Shown here: in pieces, positions 21,401-34,860 of the stretch
How the letters are laid out: the number at the start of each line of letters is the position of its first letter
Position numbering within the stretch: the first letter of the stretch is position 1
NCBI GenBank assembly: GCA_050084515.1
Contig: CM114271.1
Location: 20,956,001-21,020,000 of the forward strand
From: Blasia pusilla
Lineage: Eukaryota
DNA length: 64,000 nt
Reading direction: 5' to 3'
The notes under the pieces: generated by a model
Told to the model about the DNA's origin: nothing
Database searches by the model: none
Seen by the model: only the letters and a program-made list of their open reading frames with translations
Translations under genes and position numbers: made by a program

Positions 21401-24035
21401 AGAATTTTTTCTTCATTAGCCCAAGTGGACGGGAATGAGACCATTGTCTGAGCTTTGCATTCACTTCACATGCTAGGCACATGGCATTTGTTTGTGACAA
21501 GAAGTATTGGATAGTAATGTTTCTTCAAGATTGTTACGGTCATTTTCTGTGTCCTAGTTTGTAGTCAACTATCCAAATCCATCTGCAGAAGTCCTAAGAG
21601 AGGTTGGCTGTGTTGATTCTGTGTTTTAAAATCTCTCAAAACGGTCAGTCTTCGTGTGTGTTTTTCCTGGACTGTACTTGCTGTAAATATTCTGGCTTTG
21701 ACCACAATTATCTTCTGTTGAAGCTCAGTAGAACTTAACAAAAAATCAAAGAAACATGTTCAAACATTGAGTGAAGGAGGTGTTCATCGTTTCTTTTGCA
21801 TTGGACCCAACTGAGTAAGTTATGGGACAGCACTTGGTTTTACTAGGAGGACAGTATCATTTATCTCTCCAGATTTCTAATTGACCGCTTGGTTTTACAT
21901 TACAGATCAGCCCGTATGGTGTTACTAAAAGGTTATGATGAACGAGGATTTGTGTGGTGAGATTACAATTTCAGACAATCCTTTTTTATGTCCTTACCCT
22001 CATGATAGAAACAGTGTTGAGTATGTCTTATTACAGCAAAATAAGATGTTAAGTTCGCTTCATTGTACTATTCTGTGGATGGTTAGTATTGTGTTTTAAT
22101 TTGGTCTGTCATCTTGTCTCCTTCATTCCTTTCTCATCCCTCAGTGTTGATGAAAGTGCAATCAGTTGTTTGCTACAAGGATCACTGCCATGCAAAATAG
22201 TGAAGAAGTTCTGATTGCATATTTCCATGTTTCTCCACAATCTTGCTGCAGAGCTCAATACTCAGTCGCTCTTCAAGATAGATTTAGAAGTGTCATTCCT
22301 TGGTTAATCGTCCATGCCATGATGTTGGAATGCACAAAAAATTCAGGTATACAAACTACAAAAGCAGAAAAGCTGGCGACATTGCTACGAATCCTCAGGC
22401 TGCACTTGTCTTTCTTTGGGATCGTTTCAGTCGCTCGGTATGGAACACGTCTTTTTCTTCCTTCCACTTTTGGTCTCCTTTTCTTTGCATGTGGTTCATT
22501 GTAATGAAGATAATTAAATGTCGACAGACTTCTCATAGAATGCCAGAGCATGTGGGAAGTCTGTCGGCACTCCAATCCAATGTTTGTTCAAGAAGGTTTC
22601 TCTCTTGATGAGAATAGAACTAGTGTCTTGCCCAGATTCTATATTGTATCTCCTGCTGCTCAGCATACGTTTCTCTTAACTTGTCTCCCAGTGTGGAAAT
22701 GAATGTAGTTCTCCTGGAATCACCAGGAGAACTACACTTTTGCACCGTCTTAAACTTCGCAGCTTGCGTTGTTCTCCATTTCCAACAGATGACGGCTGAT
22801 CAAAAGTTAGATAGTCAGGCTGAATAGTCTATGGTGGAACTGGTGGAGGATAGCTGTATTTAACTAACACGGTGTGCAACGCAGGTCCGCATTGAGGGGT
22901 CTGTGGAAAGCGTCCCGAGAGAAGAGTCTGAAGAATACTTCCATAGTCGCCCTCATGGAAGCCAAATTGGGGCTATGGTCAGTTCGCAGGTATCTTCCAA
23001 CTCCTCAATCAAAGGCCGGTGGTATTCACCATATTTGAGTAATTTGGACTTGGGTTCAATGTATTGCTTCAGAAAGTGTTTTTGTTTCGGCGATCACTGA
23101 TTCCATCTTCATGCACAGAGCTCTGTTATTGCTGGTCGCCATGTGCTTGATGACAAGTATAAGGAGTTGGTGGACAAGTATCCTGACGGGTATGTAGCTT
23201 CTCGCATATGCATTCAGAGTTCATAGGTAGAATTCAGGCAACGGTCGTGCCATCTACCCCCATTGGACCTATTTGTCCAATCCATAACTTTGGTTTCATG
23301 AAAATGGGTTCCCGTGGCACCCCTGCCAAAGTAGAGTCGAAATACTGGAAGGCATTTGGCTTTAGTCTCCATGCACTCCCGTGCGTTGGTGTTGCAATGC
23401 TGCTCCTGGGCTCTCTGAGATGGGTACTATTGAACAAGTGGGGAACCCTGTTTAGGTTTCATGGTGCATAGCGACACTCCAGGTTTGAAGTTCATGACTC
23501 CCCGAAGTACTCTAGAAATGACTCAAGGGGTTTGACAGTTTTGAATTTCGGTTTTTCGTATGGGTGAAATGACGAGGACCATGTGCTGGCGATTAACCGC
23601 CCGAAGAACTCAGAACGTCCTTGAATCGAAACGGATTGCTTTAGCCTTGTCCATTAGGATCTAAGAGAGGGACTGTCCTTCCACTTTGGCTTTGCACAGC
23701 AAGGGGATGTTGGTTGAAATGGCTTGGCGATGTGCAGGTCAATCATACCTCTGCCAGACTTCTGGGGTGGGTTCAGATTGCGCCCCGTGCAAATCGAATT
23801 TTGGCAGGGTCGACAATCACGGCTTCATGATAGGTAAAGACTTCGAAGTCACTCGGATTGCTCCTCGGATCTGATTAAATCTTAAAGCCCTTGCAGGGTT
23901 GGTTCGTTGAGCTTTCGCCCTGTGGCTGATGAGGACGTTCTCTTGAATCGCGTGGGATGCAGGCTGAGGTACACTCTGAGCAATCAAGATGGCGGCGACA
24001 AGCCTTCATGGGTCATCGAAAGATTAGCACCTTGA
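18452..24035 (+). CDS. PPOX1: Bifunctional NAD(P)HX epimerase (YjeF_N) / pyridoxine-pyridoxamine 5'-phosphate oxidase; 13 coding exons traced, N-terminus may extend upstream
   Basis: In-phase GT-AG exons: 18452-18574, 18843-18881, 19174-19341, 19545-19650, 19821-19987, 20402-20644, 21081-21169, 21906-21956, 22347-22437, 22885-22989, 23119-23189, 23738-23833, 23963-24035. Motifs: [81 protein letters not shown]. Confidence 0.95.
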
Positions 24036-27000
24036 TCCAATCGAGTGGCTATGCAGCTGGAGGAGTGATGGCCTCAGTCGAAAATGAGCTGAACCTTCTG
24101 AAGCCACAGATATTTGTAGCACAGTAGCCACCACCTCGTTTCTGCAGTAGTGCTGTCTATTACAAGTCCGGAATGTACTCGGAATTGCATTTCGAAACGG
24201 TCCGATCACTGCGAAGGTCTGATCTGGGTGTCACCCCAATCTGCAAGCCATTATTATGACATCAGGATATCCTGACTTTCGCTGAATAAGAGGACCTGCC
24301 ATGAAATCTATTGCCAGAGTCGTGTAACCACAAGTCGATTTTTGACCTGATAATTCGACGAGTCTCAAAGTCGGTCTCGGATTCTGAAATGCGTGCGTGT
24401 TACGTCACACCCCTCGAATTGTCCGTGGGTGGTGCAAGCTCTATTCGACATTGTAGTCCAAACGCCGAGTTGACTGCCTGCCTGCCTGCCCATCGAAAGG
24501 TAGGGCTTTCTACATGAAGCTAGTGTCATAGAGCAAACTCGTGCCGAGTATTCGTGGTCCTCCTCGCTGGCAGGGGAAACTTGTTGCACCATTTCTTCTC
24601 CAGAATTCTCTCCTCCGCGACTGCGATATACCCTGTCACTGCTTGTCCATGTTTCCATAGTGTTGTTTGGTTGATCAAACCACACCAGTAAGTGGCTAAT
24701 TCCATGTGGGCATTGCGCACTGGGTGCCGCGCCTGCGACCTCTCCACTTCCGCACAGCAGATGTTGCCTGGGGGAATAGTTTACTGCCTGGACTGGCGTG
24801 CAGCGAGTAAAACGACGTTTCAGGGACAGGTACGCCTCAATTACATGCGGCTGCACAAAGATTTCGCGCTTTTGGCGTTGTCTTCCAATTCCATTTTATT
24901 TGCTTTTATTTTTCGCGTTTAAGCGTGTGCACCGCCAGTAAGGTGCTCCTAAGGGGGCGCGCTTTTGGCGTAGTCTTCCGATCACATTTTATTCGCTTTT
25001 ATTTTTTCTCGTTTGGGATGCGTTTGGGATGTTAAAAGAGGATCGGTCCCCTCTTAGGTACACCTCTTTTAACAAATCCTTCTTTAATAACCTAGAGCCA
25101 AGTTTTCATGGGTCCATGATTTAAAATCTATATTATTATTAGAAAATATAATTTAAATATAAATTTGTATATATTCATTCTTTTGACGCATGGCATTCGA
25201 GCGACAAGAAATATTTTTCATATTACAGACAATAAGAAAAAATTTAGTCACTTCATTCCCGTATGGGCTATATACTAATATATTTTGAGGACACGATGTG
25301 ATAGTCTAATAAAATATTTGAAAACTCAATCCTCTTGTCAGTATGTAGAAACATTTTCATGGAAGTTTATGTATCTCCTTGTTGATATATCTCAAGTTCT
25401 TCAAGGGAAAAGAGTTGTGGAATAGTAGATCATTATCGTACGAGACCTAGGAAATTGAGGGAGAATGACGGACTAAACTCAGCGTTGCCTTTGAATTCAT
25501 ACTTCTTTTTGAGTTTGCCAAAGGCCCACATCTGTGCTACAAATAAAAAACGCAATGGTTTCAATTTTGGAATGGCAATAAACTTCTAGTTTAATGAGAA
25601 GCATGAAGTGCTATTTACTCCAAGCGTAAAAAAAAGGATTGTCTTTAGATCTCATGCGAGACTTCCAATTTTTCAAACATTCTAGGAGGCAACTATGCGT
25701 CACAAAAGAGAGAGGAAGTGAATGAGTGAAGAAATAAAATTCAAAAGTGGATAGTCTCCTCTTCCTAAAAGAAAAGATGTATAGAACAAGTGTCCATACC
25801 TAAAGTACTATCTATGAAGGACTTTCAGCACAATTCTTTAAGAGAAAAAAAAAAAAGTCACACAAGTTTCCTTAGTCTCCTTTCCATGGACTATATTTAA
25901 AGAAGTCCATAAAGACTCTCAATAAGATATTCAAATTAAAGAAAAGAAAGATCAAACCACAAGTGGCCGAAACAAGTTTCAATTTTCCATAGCCATCTCG
26001 TTTTATTGTTGAGTTAATGCATCACCATCCTTTTATATGTGTTGTAATGGGTTTGTCCTCTCCAAAAAATCTAATTTTGTAATTTAAGATACATTAAGAG
26101 GATAACTAACAATGTTATGAAATTCAAAATTATCCGTCAACGTCTCTTAAAGAATTGTGTTGAAAGTCCTTCTTAGATAGTACTTCAGAAAGTAGCAAAT
26201 CAAAGATAGCATTTTAGAACTGAAACTATAGAGTGTATCGAAAAGAAACTAATAAAGCACTACAAGGACACGCAGTTTCTGTGCTCTCCACGTGTACGTA
26301 GTAATAATTAGCTCCTTTTCTCATTCTTCCCTCCCGAGAACTGACTTGAAGAACGAAACCGGATTCCGAAACAATATCGCAATGAATATCTGGATGGGGC
26401 CCACCACCGGTGTAGATTCACAGCCACGCACGCGAGCAACTTGCAGGGAACGAAAGTTGTGCCCTTCGTTCAGTACGATGTAACGTTCCTTCGGGGGGCC
26501 TGTCTCGGGAGGTTTTGACGTTGACGTGCGTTTCCCCGGTCAATAGAGGCCGGACGGTCTCGACGGTCCGGAAGCGACAAACCTGCCCTTCCTCATCCGC
26601 AGACCTGTGACTCATCGCTACCCGGTCTTGATAGGACCTTTCAGCTTGCCTCTAGCCTCCAGGGTCAAGACGAAATCTTGAGTGACGAGGACCGCACCCT
26701 TCACAATCGAATCAAACACGTGTCACGGTGTCAGCAAAGGTGTTTATTTCGCATTTCGTCTCACTACCGTACGGCGCATGAGCTCTCCTCAGACGTGTGA
26801 CCCCGCCAGTTTTATATATATAGGTTTCGACCATCCATTTATTTTGTTAGAATTATATATTTGATTAAAAATCGTTATTTTGGAAGGATGTTGAGAAAAT
26901 ATCCACCATGTTCTGCGACCTTTAGATGAACTAATTAGTGCTAAAAAAATGAAAGATAGCTATCGTTTACTTATTTTATTCTACATGAACAAAATTCAAC

Positions 27001-29475
27001 ACCGTCGATAAATCATCACTATAAATGATGAAAATCCTTCTCAATTAACTAAGTTAGGACAAAAGAATGTAAATTGTGATCGTCATTAGTCCCCGGATGG
27101 TACAAGCATTCACTAGTACATTTTTCAGGGAGATTTTTTTGTTTGGAAATTTCTAGAATAGAAGATGTAATTCTCCTATTAAAGTGTGTTTATTAATGGA
27201 GTCTCCTAGGTCTAGAGTTGGAAAGGAAAAACATTCTTAATCTCTTCTTCATATTGGCCATGGTGAAAAAAAAATTTAAAAATAAAATGCAAAAGAAAGT
27301 TATACAATAAACTCAAACTTCTTGCTTATTTTTGTAAATGATCTAGATAGACATAGTGGATATATGTCCAACCTCAAGATAATTCCTCTACATTAATGTT
27401 AAGAGAGACAGGTCCAAAGCTAATTAAGGGATGTGTGTGTATAAATCACCATTTGCGATGGATTTTTGTTTTTTGGATTCCATGCATAGTGAGGGATGAG
27501 GTTCTCTCCTTGTCTTTGTGATTATTGGCACTCTTCATGTTTATGCAAGCTACCACTCTCTTTTGTATGTGTAAATGAGAGAATGTAGGTCCTAGAAGTT
27601 TAGTAGTCTCTAGACATACTAGGCTCGATATTTCTCTACACTTGCTATAATAAATAACAGCAAGGATCAATATTTTCCTTACACTTGTAGAGTGATAGGA
27701 TGAAAATGAAAAGTCTTAGCATAAGGTCCCACCAATATGAATGCTAGAAATAGAAAAAAATAGTTGGTTAATTATTTTGGATGAAATATTTCTGGCCACG
27801 AATTTAGGAGTTAAAAAACCTTTCCGAGTTAGATATTTGCAGAAAATCTTGGACGAGAGATGAAGTTGAGAAATAGAGTGGAAGAAGAAAAAGACAACTT
27901 TTCAACGAGAAAGGGATTATAAGGGGTTTATTCGTTTCTAGTATTAGAGGAGGTTTCTCCTTCTCTCCTCGGGAAGAAAGAATGGGCCTTCCTTCGGGGA
28001 TTTAAGAAGAGCTAGTTAACTCCTATTCATTATGAAGGAGAAAGGAATAATATAAGCGTCAATGCGTCATCTTCATCAATAGCCTTTCATCGAGAAATGA
28101 GGTAGACAATGGAAGAAGAGGGAAGGGATAGATGAACAAAGAGAGGGTCCCTTGTCCCCCAAGTCTTTCCACCTAAGGCCATCCTCGTTGAAACCCAAAA
28201 TGAGTTTAATAAAGTTCGGTCTTTGGGGGAGAGGCGTGAAACAAGTGAGGAAGGAGAAAATTAATCCGTTTGGCGTAGGGTTTGAAAAATTATGTCTTCG
28301 TTATGAAATAATATTTTTTAATAATTTAATTTGATGTGATAGAAAATACAGAAACATACGACATCTTACATTCACCCCAAACTAATAACTTACTTTTAGC
28401 AACTAGAAATTTTCTATTCTTTTTGAATTTTCACAAAGCACATGGGAACTTATTTAAGAGCTTTTCTATTTTCTAGCTCTCAAAACATGATCATCATTAG
28501 AAAAGAAAATTATTTGAAAACTTAAATAAGTTTTATTATCTAGTTTTTGAGATAAATTGATACAGAAATTCATGTCAAATGGAGAATACATGAGAATAGT
28601 AGTGCATTACCTTCTTGAATTTGCCATTAACCCTCGTTGGATTTAAAGAAACCAATTACTTGGCCCTCATTTGTTAAGTTAACACTGTCTTCTTTTTTTC
28701 CTCTCCATCTAATCTATGTTTTACAATTAATTTATCTCTCTTTCAGCCCCCGAAGAGTTTTTTTTTCCATTTTCAAGCATAAAATCATTTAAAATATTAA
28801 TATTTTTATAAATGAAAATAGAAAAAAAAAAACTTCAAAAGAAATAATATGACTATGAGAAACATGATTAAGAAAAAACTTCAAAAGAAATAATATGAGT
28901 ATTTGCTTCCAGCTTTTATGACCTTGAAGATTTGTATCTTTGCTTCTATCTCCAATTACTCTGGTTATCTGGTTATAAAACCATAAAAAGTTGGACGAAA
29001 TCACGTTAGTGGCCGTAAATTCAAACTGGTTTAATAAACATGATTTTTAAAAATAGAAAAAAATTCAAAAAGAAATAAGAAATCATGGAAATATGAGCTT
29101 ACCACGGCTAACTCTGGCTTTTTTCGGTTCTTACGAGCAGCGGAGGACATCAGGAAAGAAGCAAGAAAGACGCAAAAGGAGTGGTTGTGCGGTATTCACC
29201 CCCCTTCTCTCTTCCTTTCTTTCTTGGAGAGACCTCCCGAGAACTTGTCAGCTGCAGCCGCTGCAGTGCCCCGTCGGTTATTAGGATTCCCATCTCTGCA
29301 ATTCTATTCCAGAGGATGCGCTGCGCTTGGTGCCGTGGTCTGCTGCCGAGGTCGAGCGGAGGTGGTGTGCATCGAATGCGGAGTCGACTGAGTTGAAGAC
29401 GGACATCGGATCGGCGGGGGCTGCAAACGAGATTGTTGTTGCGTTGGGTGCCGGGAGCGCTTTCGGGCATCGGCT

Positions 29476-30072
29476 ATGGCCGCAGTGGTTTCTGCTTTTC
29501 CCAGCACGACTCCGACGCCCTTGCGCGAAAGCGTGCTGCAGCGGTCGCCCGCGTCGAGAAGGGTGAGGTGCGGAGCGCGGTGCGGTCCTGTGAGCGAAGA
29601 GGCTGGGAAGGTCGGGGAGGTTTTGGGTGGAAGCTTGTACGGGTTGTTAGGCGTGGAGCAGAACGTGAGCCTTACTGATATCAAGAGCGCTTACAGGCAG
29701 ATGGCGCGCCGCTACCATCCGGATGTGTGCGCGCCTTCCCGGCGAGAGGAGTGCACCCGATTGTTTTTGCAGGTGCAAGATGCGTATGAGATTTTGTCCG
29801 ATCCTGAGCAGAGGGCGGCGTATGACTATCATTTGATGCATCCGCTGAGCGCGAATGCTCTGGGATTCGGAAGGATGGTCAGGAACAAGAGGAGAGAAAG
29901 AGAGAATGCTTCGGATGCCTGGAGACTGCAGTGGCAGGCTCAGCTGTCGAGAATTGGAATGAGGGCACGAACGGAGCAGAACCAGACTGAAGGAGAGTCG
30001 TGGGGTGCGCGCATGCGCCGGCGCTCGTCGCAGGAGAGGCAGTCCGGATCATGCGATGCTGGGAAGCTTTGA
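29476..30072 (+). CDS. Small type-C J-domain (DnaJ) protein, probably plastid-targeted (DnaJ11/DJC-like)
   Basis: 198-aa intronless ORF with an S/R-rich N-terminus, the J domain SLYGLLGV...IKSAYRQMARRYHPD...FLQVQDAYEILSDPEQRAAYD, and a C-terminal WQAQL...SWGARMR segment. Confidence 0.93.
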   Translation: MAAVVSAFPSTTPTPLRESVLQRSPASRRVRCGARCGPVSEEAGKVGEVLGGSLYGLLGVEQNVSLTDIKSAYRQMARRYHPDVCAPSRREECTRLFLQVQDAYEILSDPEQRAAYDYHLMHPLSANALGFGRMVRNKRRERENASDAWRLQWQAQLSRIGMRARTEQNQTEGESWGARMRRRSSQERQSGSCDAGKL

Positions 30073-31059
30073 TTGACACCGCATCCATGGAGATTTTAGC
30101 TCTTTTCTCGAGCATTCTAGCGGTCTCCCTGATTCTCTAAGAAGACGGAAGGTCTGTTTCGTGAAGGTTACGAGAACGGCTCGATTGTACCAAGGAATGC
30201 TTCGTTCGTGTACAAATAGTGGGGAACCGGTGAAGCGTAGGAGCTGTTTACGGTCGTAAGGCGATTGGCGGTGAGCAAAACTCGCCTGTTGTAGAAATGG
30301 TAGAGGAATTGAAGATCTCCGCCTTCATCCGATAACATTGTACATAGTGCTGTTGAGGACTGTAATCTCCTGTTCATTGGAGCGGCATAGTAGGGCACTG
30401 GCAAACCTTTGGGAAGTATAGAGTGTGGAACGGCACTCCGGGAGTGGATTACTCGCAAAGCTTAGCGTGCGTGTCAGTCTGGTTAGTTTCGGAAAAAATT
30501 GCTTTGATTTATAATCGAGCTCCAGTCCGATGTACAGTTATTCAGGATCGCACAAAACCCTCGTATCCGGCAGCCCACCGTATACGCGCATGGGAGACAT
30601 CGCATATGTCAAGAATGGGATACAGCGTACGACTATTTCAGAAACGTCGCGGCTGATCTCTCTATGTACATGAATCATCTCAAGATTTGTTCCATTGATG
30701 TCGGTTTCTGTCATCAAGGCTTTGATCACGTCCACTTTGTCCTGCCGATTTACTTGATGTGCATGCACTTCATTGAGTGATTGTTCGTTCTACCTGGTGT
30801 TGCAAGCAAATCATCTTTCAGTTTGCGGCGTCGTAACCTCCGCACGACGCAACTCTGATGGCGTCCCCATTTCCTCGGACAGCAGAAGAAGCGTTATGGA
30901 GCAGTGCCCTGGGCGTAAACGGCGAAAAGCTAGTAGTTTATAGCAATCGTCCTTGAGGTCCATTTATGTGACATATCGATAGAGGGAGATCAGTTCTCGC
31001 GTCAGTTTCTTGGAAGTTACTATCGCTGCCTTCGACGCGAAGTCTGGTGGAGGTCTGAT

Positions 31060-31580
31060 AGACGGAGATCATCTCATCTCTGGATGCGCGCAAATCTGAA
31101 AAATATGAAGGAGTGAAGCATCTCAAGTCGGAATGCGTGCAAATCTAAAGTGCATAGAGATCTCATGTCTGAACGCGTGCATTTTGGATGTCGGATTTCT
31201 AAAGTGCATAGAGGACGTCTCATGTCTGAGTGTGTGGAATTGGAGGCCGGATTTCTGAACTGCAGGGAGGACATGTCACGTCTGAATGTGTGCAAGTGGA
31301 GGTCGGACTTCTAAAATGCATAGAGGGCATTTCATGTCTGAATGTGTGGAATTAGAGGTCAGATTCCTGAAATGTAGAGAGATCTTCTCGTCTCTTGATG
31401 CGGGGAATCGGTGGAGGTGGCACTTCTGAAATGCACGGAGGAGATCGTCTCATGTGTAAATGCGCGCAATCGGTGGAGGTGGGACATTTGAAATTTACAA
31501 AGGAGCGTCTCATATCTGAGTGCGTGCAATCGGTGGAGTTCGGATGTAGGAAATGCGAAGGAGATCATCTCAAGTCTTTA
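31060..31580. repeat. Degenerate minisatellite, ~55-65 bp unit, about 8-9 copies
   Basis: Recurring (t)ctcatgtctga(a/g)tg(c/t)gtg...ggaggtcggatttctgaa(a)tgca(t)agagg units. Confidence 0.7.
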
Positions 31581-32301
31581 GATTCCTGAACCGATTGTGC
31601 TCGTCCTCGTAAACACGAGCGTTGGCACCATCTTACGCCCATCCATTGGAGTGTAGTAATCTTTGTACTACGTGGGAGTATCCATTATGGTTTCAATCCA
31701 TCCGCCTTCCGTCAAAGGAGAGGTCGGGGAGTTGTAATACATGAAATGTGGAACGGGGGTTTAGGGGGGTCGGTTTAAGTGGGGAACAATGATAATTGGG
31801 ATCACTTATATATACATTTTTGATTTGTGAATATTTTTTTATTTGATATATTGCAATTAGACAGCGAGAAAATGTCTTATTGATATGTGACAACCAGGCA
31901 ATAAAAAAATACTTTTCAGATTATAAGAAAACAAATTGATTGCGACACGGCTAGTCCTACGTTTGGGATCCGGGATAGATGAAAAATTTTCTTTCGAGTA
32001 AATAGGATAGTTAAAAGGAGCCAGTAGCTCATTTGAAATGAATCTGAACTGATATTTAAAATTTATGAAATTAATTATGGAAGACAGTTATGGAATTAAT
32101 TTTCATCCGTTCAATTTTTCAAGCAATAAGATTATTTGAAACTGACTTAAGATGTTATTTAAGGAATTCGGAGTTTGTTAGACATCTATTGTAACAATAA
32201 ACAATTTAACTTTGTGCATTGTGGACGTATATTATATTTTTGGAGAGTGTTTTTTAAATTTTAGAACACCTTCCTTTCGACACTTGATTTGAAAAATCAA
32301 C

Positions 32302-32511
32302 TTGAGATTTAGGATTAGTTAGATTATTAGTGACGGGTAAGTTTACTAATTAATTTACATTTTTTGTGCATCGTACAAACCTCCACTAGTGACATTTATA
32401 ACGATTGAGATTTAGGATTAGTTAGATTATTAGTGACGGGTAAGTTTACTAATTAATTTACATTTTTTGTCCATCGTACAAACCTCCACTAGTGACATTT
32501 ATAACGATTGA
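32302..32511. repeat. 103-bp tandem duplication (2 copies)
   Basis: ttgagatttaggattag... starts at both 32302 and 32405; one mismatch seen. Confidence 0.92.
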
Positions 32512-33979
32512 TATAAAATCATCTAAGATAGTAATTTTGGATGAAGGAAAAGTGTACGGGAGATCGAATGAAAGATTCAAAAAATTATAATGAAAATATT
32601 GATATAAAAAATTTTATATTATAAAATTATACTAACAGGGATAGGCAAGAGGATAATCCTAAGAGGGTGGATATGAAGTATTAAGGTCCCGTGCATAAGG
32701 AAATATGTTTTGACCAAATCCCGTTGTGAGTTTTTTACAATGGAATTAGATGGAAGACAAAAAAATGTGTTATGATCATAAGTAAGTCCGGAAATTATGA
32801 ACTATTAATAGGGTCAGTAGAAAGAGATTGTCCATGACAAATGCATCAAAAGGCAGGTACAAAATAATTCCCCAAATAATGGTTAAATTCCTACTTCTTA
32901 GATTAGAAATAATGGGTAATTTGAAAGTAAGTGATTGGGAAATTATGGAATTATGCTTATGTGTGTAGACTAGTCCAAGCTTTTCTATTAGTTAAAAATG
33001 CAAGATTTGGAACGCGAGATGGAAAATTCAAATACTAGTGTAAATACGAGATTATTTACTTTTGGATAAATATAACTCGAACTTTTTACATATCAGTGGA
33101 TTGTATTTATAAACTTTACAATTGTATTGAAATAGAAGTGATATAAGTTCTCCAAGTATAGAAAATCTCAAACTCAACTCACAATTGTAAAACGTGGAAT
33201 GTGTGTGATAACCTCCACCTTTATCTATCACACATCTAACCCATCTAGGTATATGGTAAGATCCAAATATTCAATATGATCTTCAAAGAATCTTTATTAG
33301 CTCCGATGCGACTTTAGTTCATGTAATTGTAACTTTCAAAAACATTTCTTTAAAGTGTGCTAATGCTTCTTGACCAAAGAATTGAAGATGATCATATATA
33401 TATATAGAGTATGGTAGATTCTACCATTATGACAAAATAGCATTTTTCACTTTGTCTAATATTCAGTTAAACATCTATCTATCTTGCTTGTCACTAAGTT
33501 TGGTATTGTGAAGAATTGTAAACTCCATGGTATAACAAGGGGGACAAAACTCAAACTAGAGAAGGAGATAAATTCTAAAGGAAATGAGGATACCACCTAA
33601 CCAAAGTGTTGTAGATGCTATGCACAAGGTTACATAAAGTCTTATATTGATTAGGTTTTATACAAATTCATGCATAATCTTTGCTTGCCACATTGAATCG
33701 AACTCGAGAGAGCAATTAGGTAGCTATATAGGACAATTAAGTCAATGATGATCTATATCAAAGAAATTTCGTCAATTTTGGTTAGACACTCAATATCTAA
33801 AATATCAATATCTATCTTTTTTGCTTGTATTGGAGGAGCAAGTAACGATAGTTCAACAGAGTTATGACTAAGACTACAAGCCAACAACTATATTTTCCTC
33901 TTAAGATAATGTTAGCGAAATGCATCTCTCTTCAAGAAACGTAATTTCTATCTCATGGTTTTTGGTAAAAGATCATCGG

Positions 33980-34860
33980 GTGCAGGCATGGTGGATCCGG
34001 TTCCAATTCCCCAAGTTGCACGGAAATGGAAAACTCCATGGACCTGCCCAACGGGTCCCACGTAACCTAGACCCGGGCTCGGCCAGCCTGCACCCATTTT
34101 ATAGTCCGCATAAAGCCTGCGTGTGGTCTGCAGCATGCCCTTAGGGCACGCTTAGCTCCCATTGGGCGGGTTGAGGCCCAATGTAACTCTCCAGCTCACG
34201 GAACCACTCTAGAGTTGCTCAAAGGTAGAATGCCCTCAAGGCCTCTCCTCTTCCTTTATATACTTAAAGATAGGTACAATGAAGACAAATTAGCTCTACC
34301 TATCCTTATGCCACATGTCCTACTCTCATAGCATGAGAGAATCTCCTTTGGAGTCTAATGTCCCAACCTCATCTTCCTCAACCTCATCCTTATCTCCCTT
34401 TTCACCAACCTATGGCCCCACTCTCATCTTTATCTCATGTATCTTGTCTTTTTTCTTTTTGGTTAATTCTTTCCCACTTATGCGCTTCATGTCATAGATT
34501 CTAACTTAACTATGACTAACAAAGGATGGTTACACCCAAGCAGGGCATGCACCCTCTGGCGACTGAGCGCAGTGCGCGGGCCTGAACTCAATTTCCAGCC
34601 ATGCAAGGGCCACGCCCGGGCTTCATGCAGGCTACAAAATGGGTGTGGGCTAGCCGAGCCCGAGTCTACGGGCTCAGCGGGCACCGATGCGAGCCGTGGG
34701 TACTGGATACTCGTGCCTGCATGGACATGTCCGTCCTCGGGACAGACATGAGTCCGCGAACATGGACTCCGTCTGCGTGCAATCTTGGAATTCCCCTCCA
34801 AGCTCATCCTTTGGTTTCTCCGATGGGTTGGACTGCCCATGCTTAGGTTGCTCCTGCATG
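33980..34860. repeat. GC-rich degenerate repeat/TE relic with internal inverted arms
   Basis: 34068-34128 and 34608-34668 are imperfect reverse complements; no coding homology recognised. Confidence 0.45.

Noticed and set aside
24365-24856. 163-aa minus-strand ORF downstream of PPOX1
   Set aside because: No recognisable domain, a non-ATG start and no supporting exon structure.
24865-25014. Two ~55-bp imperfect direct repeats (gcgcttttggcgt...)
   Set aside because: A local duplication with no evidence of function.
31060-32511. CRISPR-like array
   Set aside because: Eukaryotic context, degenerate or contiguous units without unique spacers, and no cas genes.
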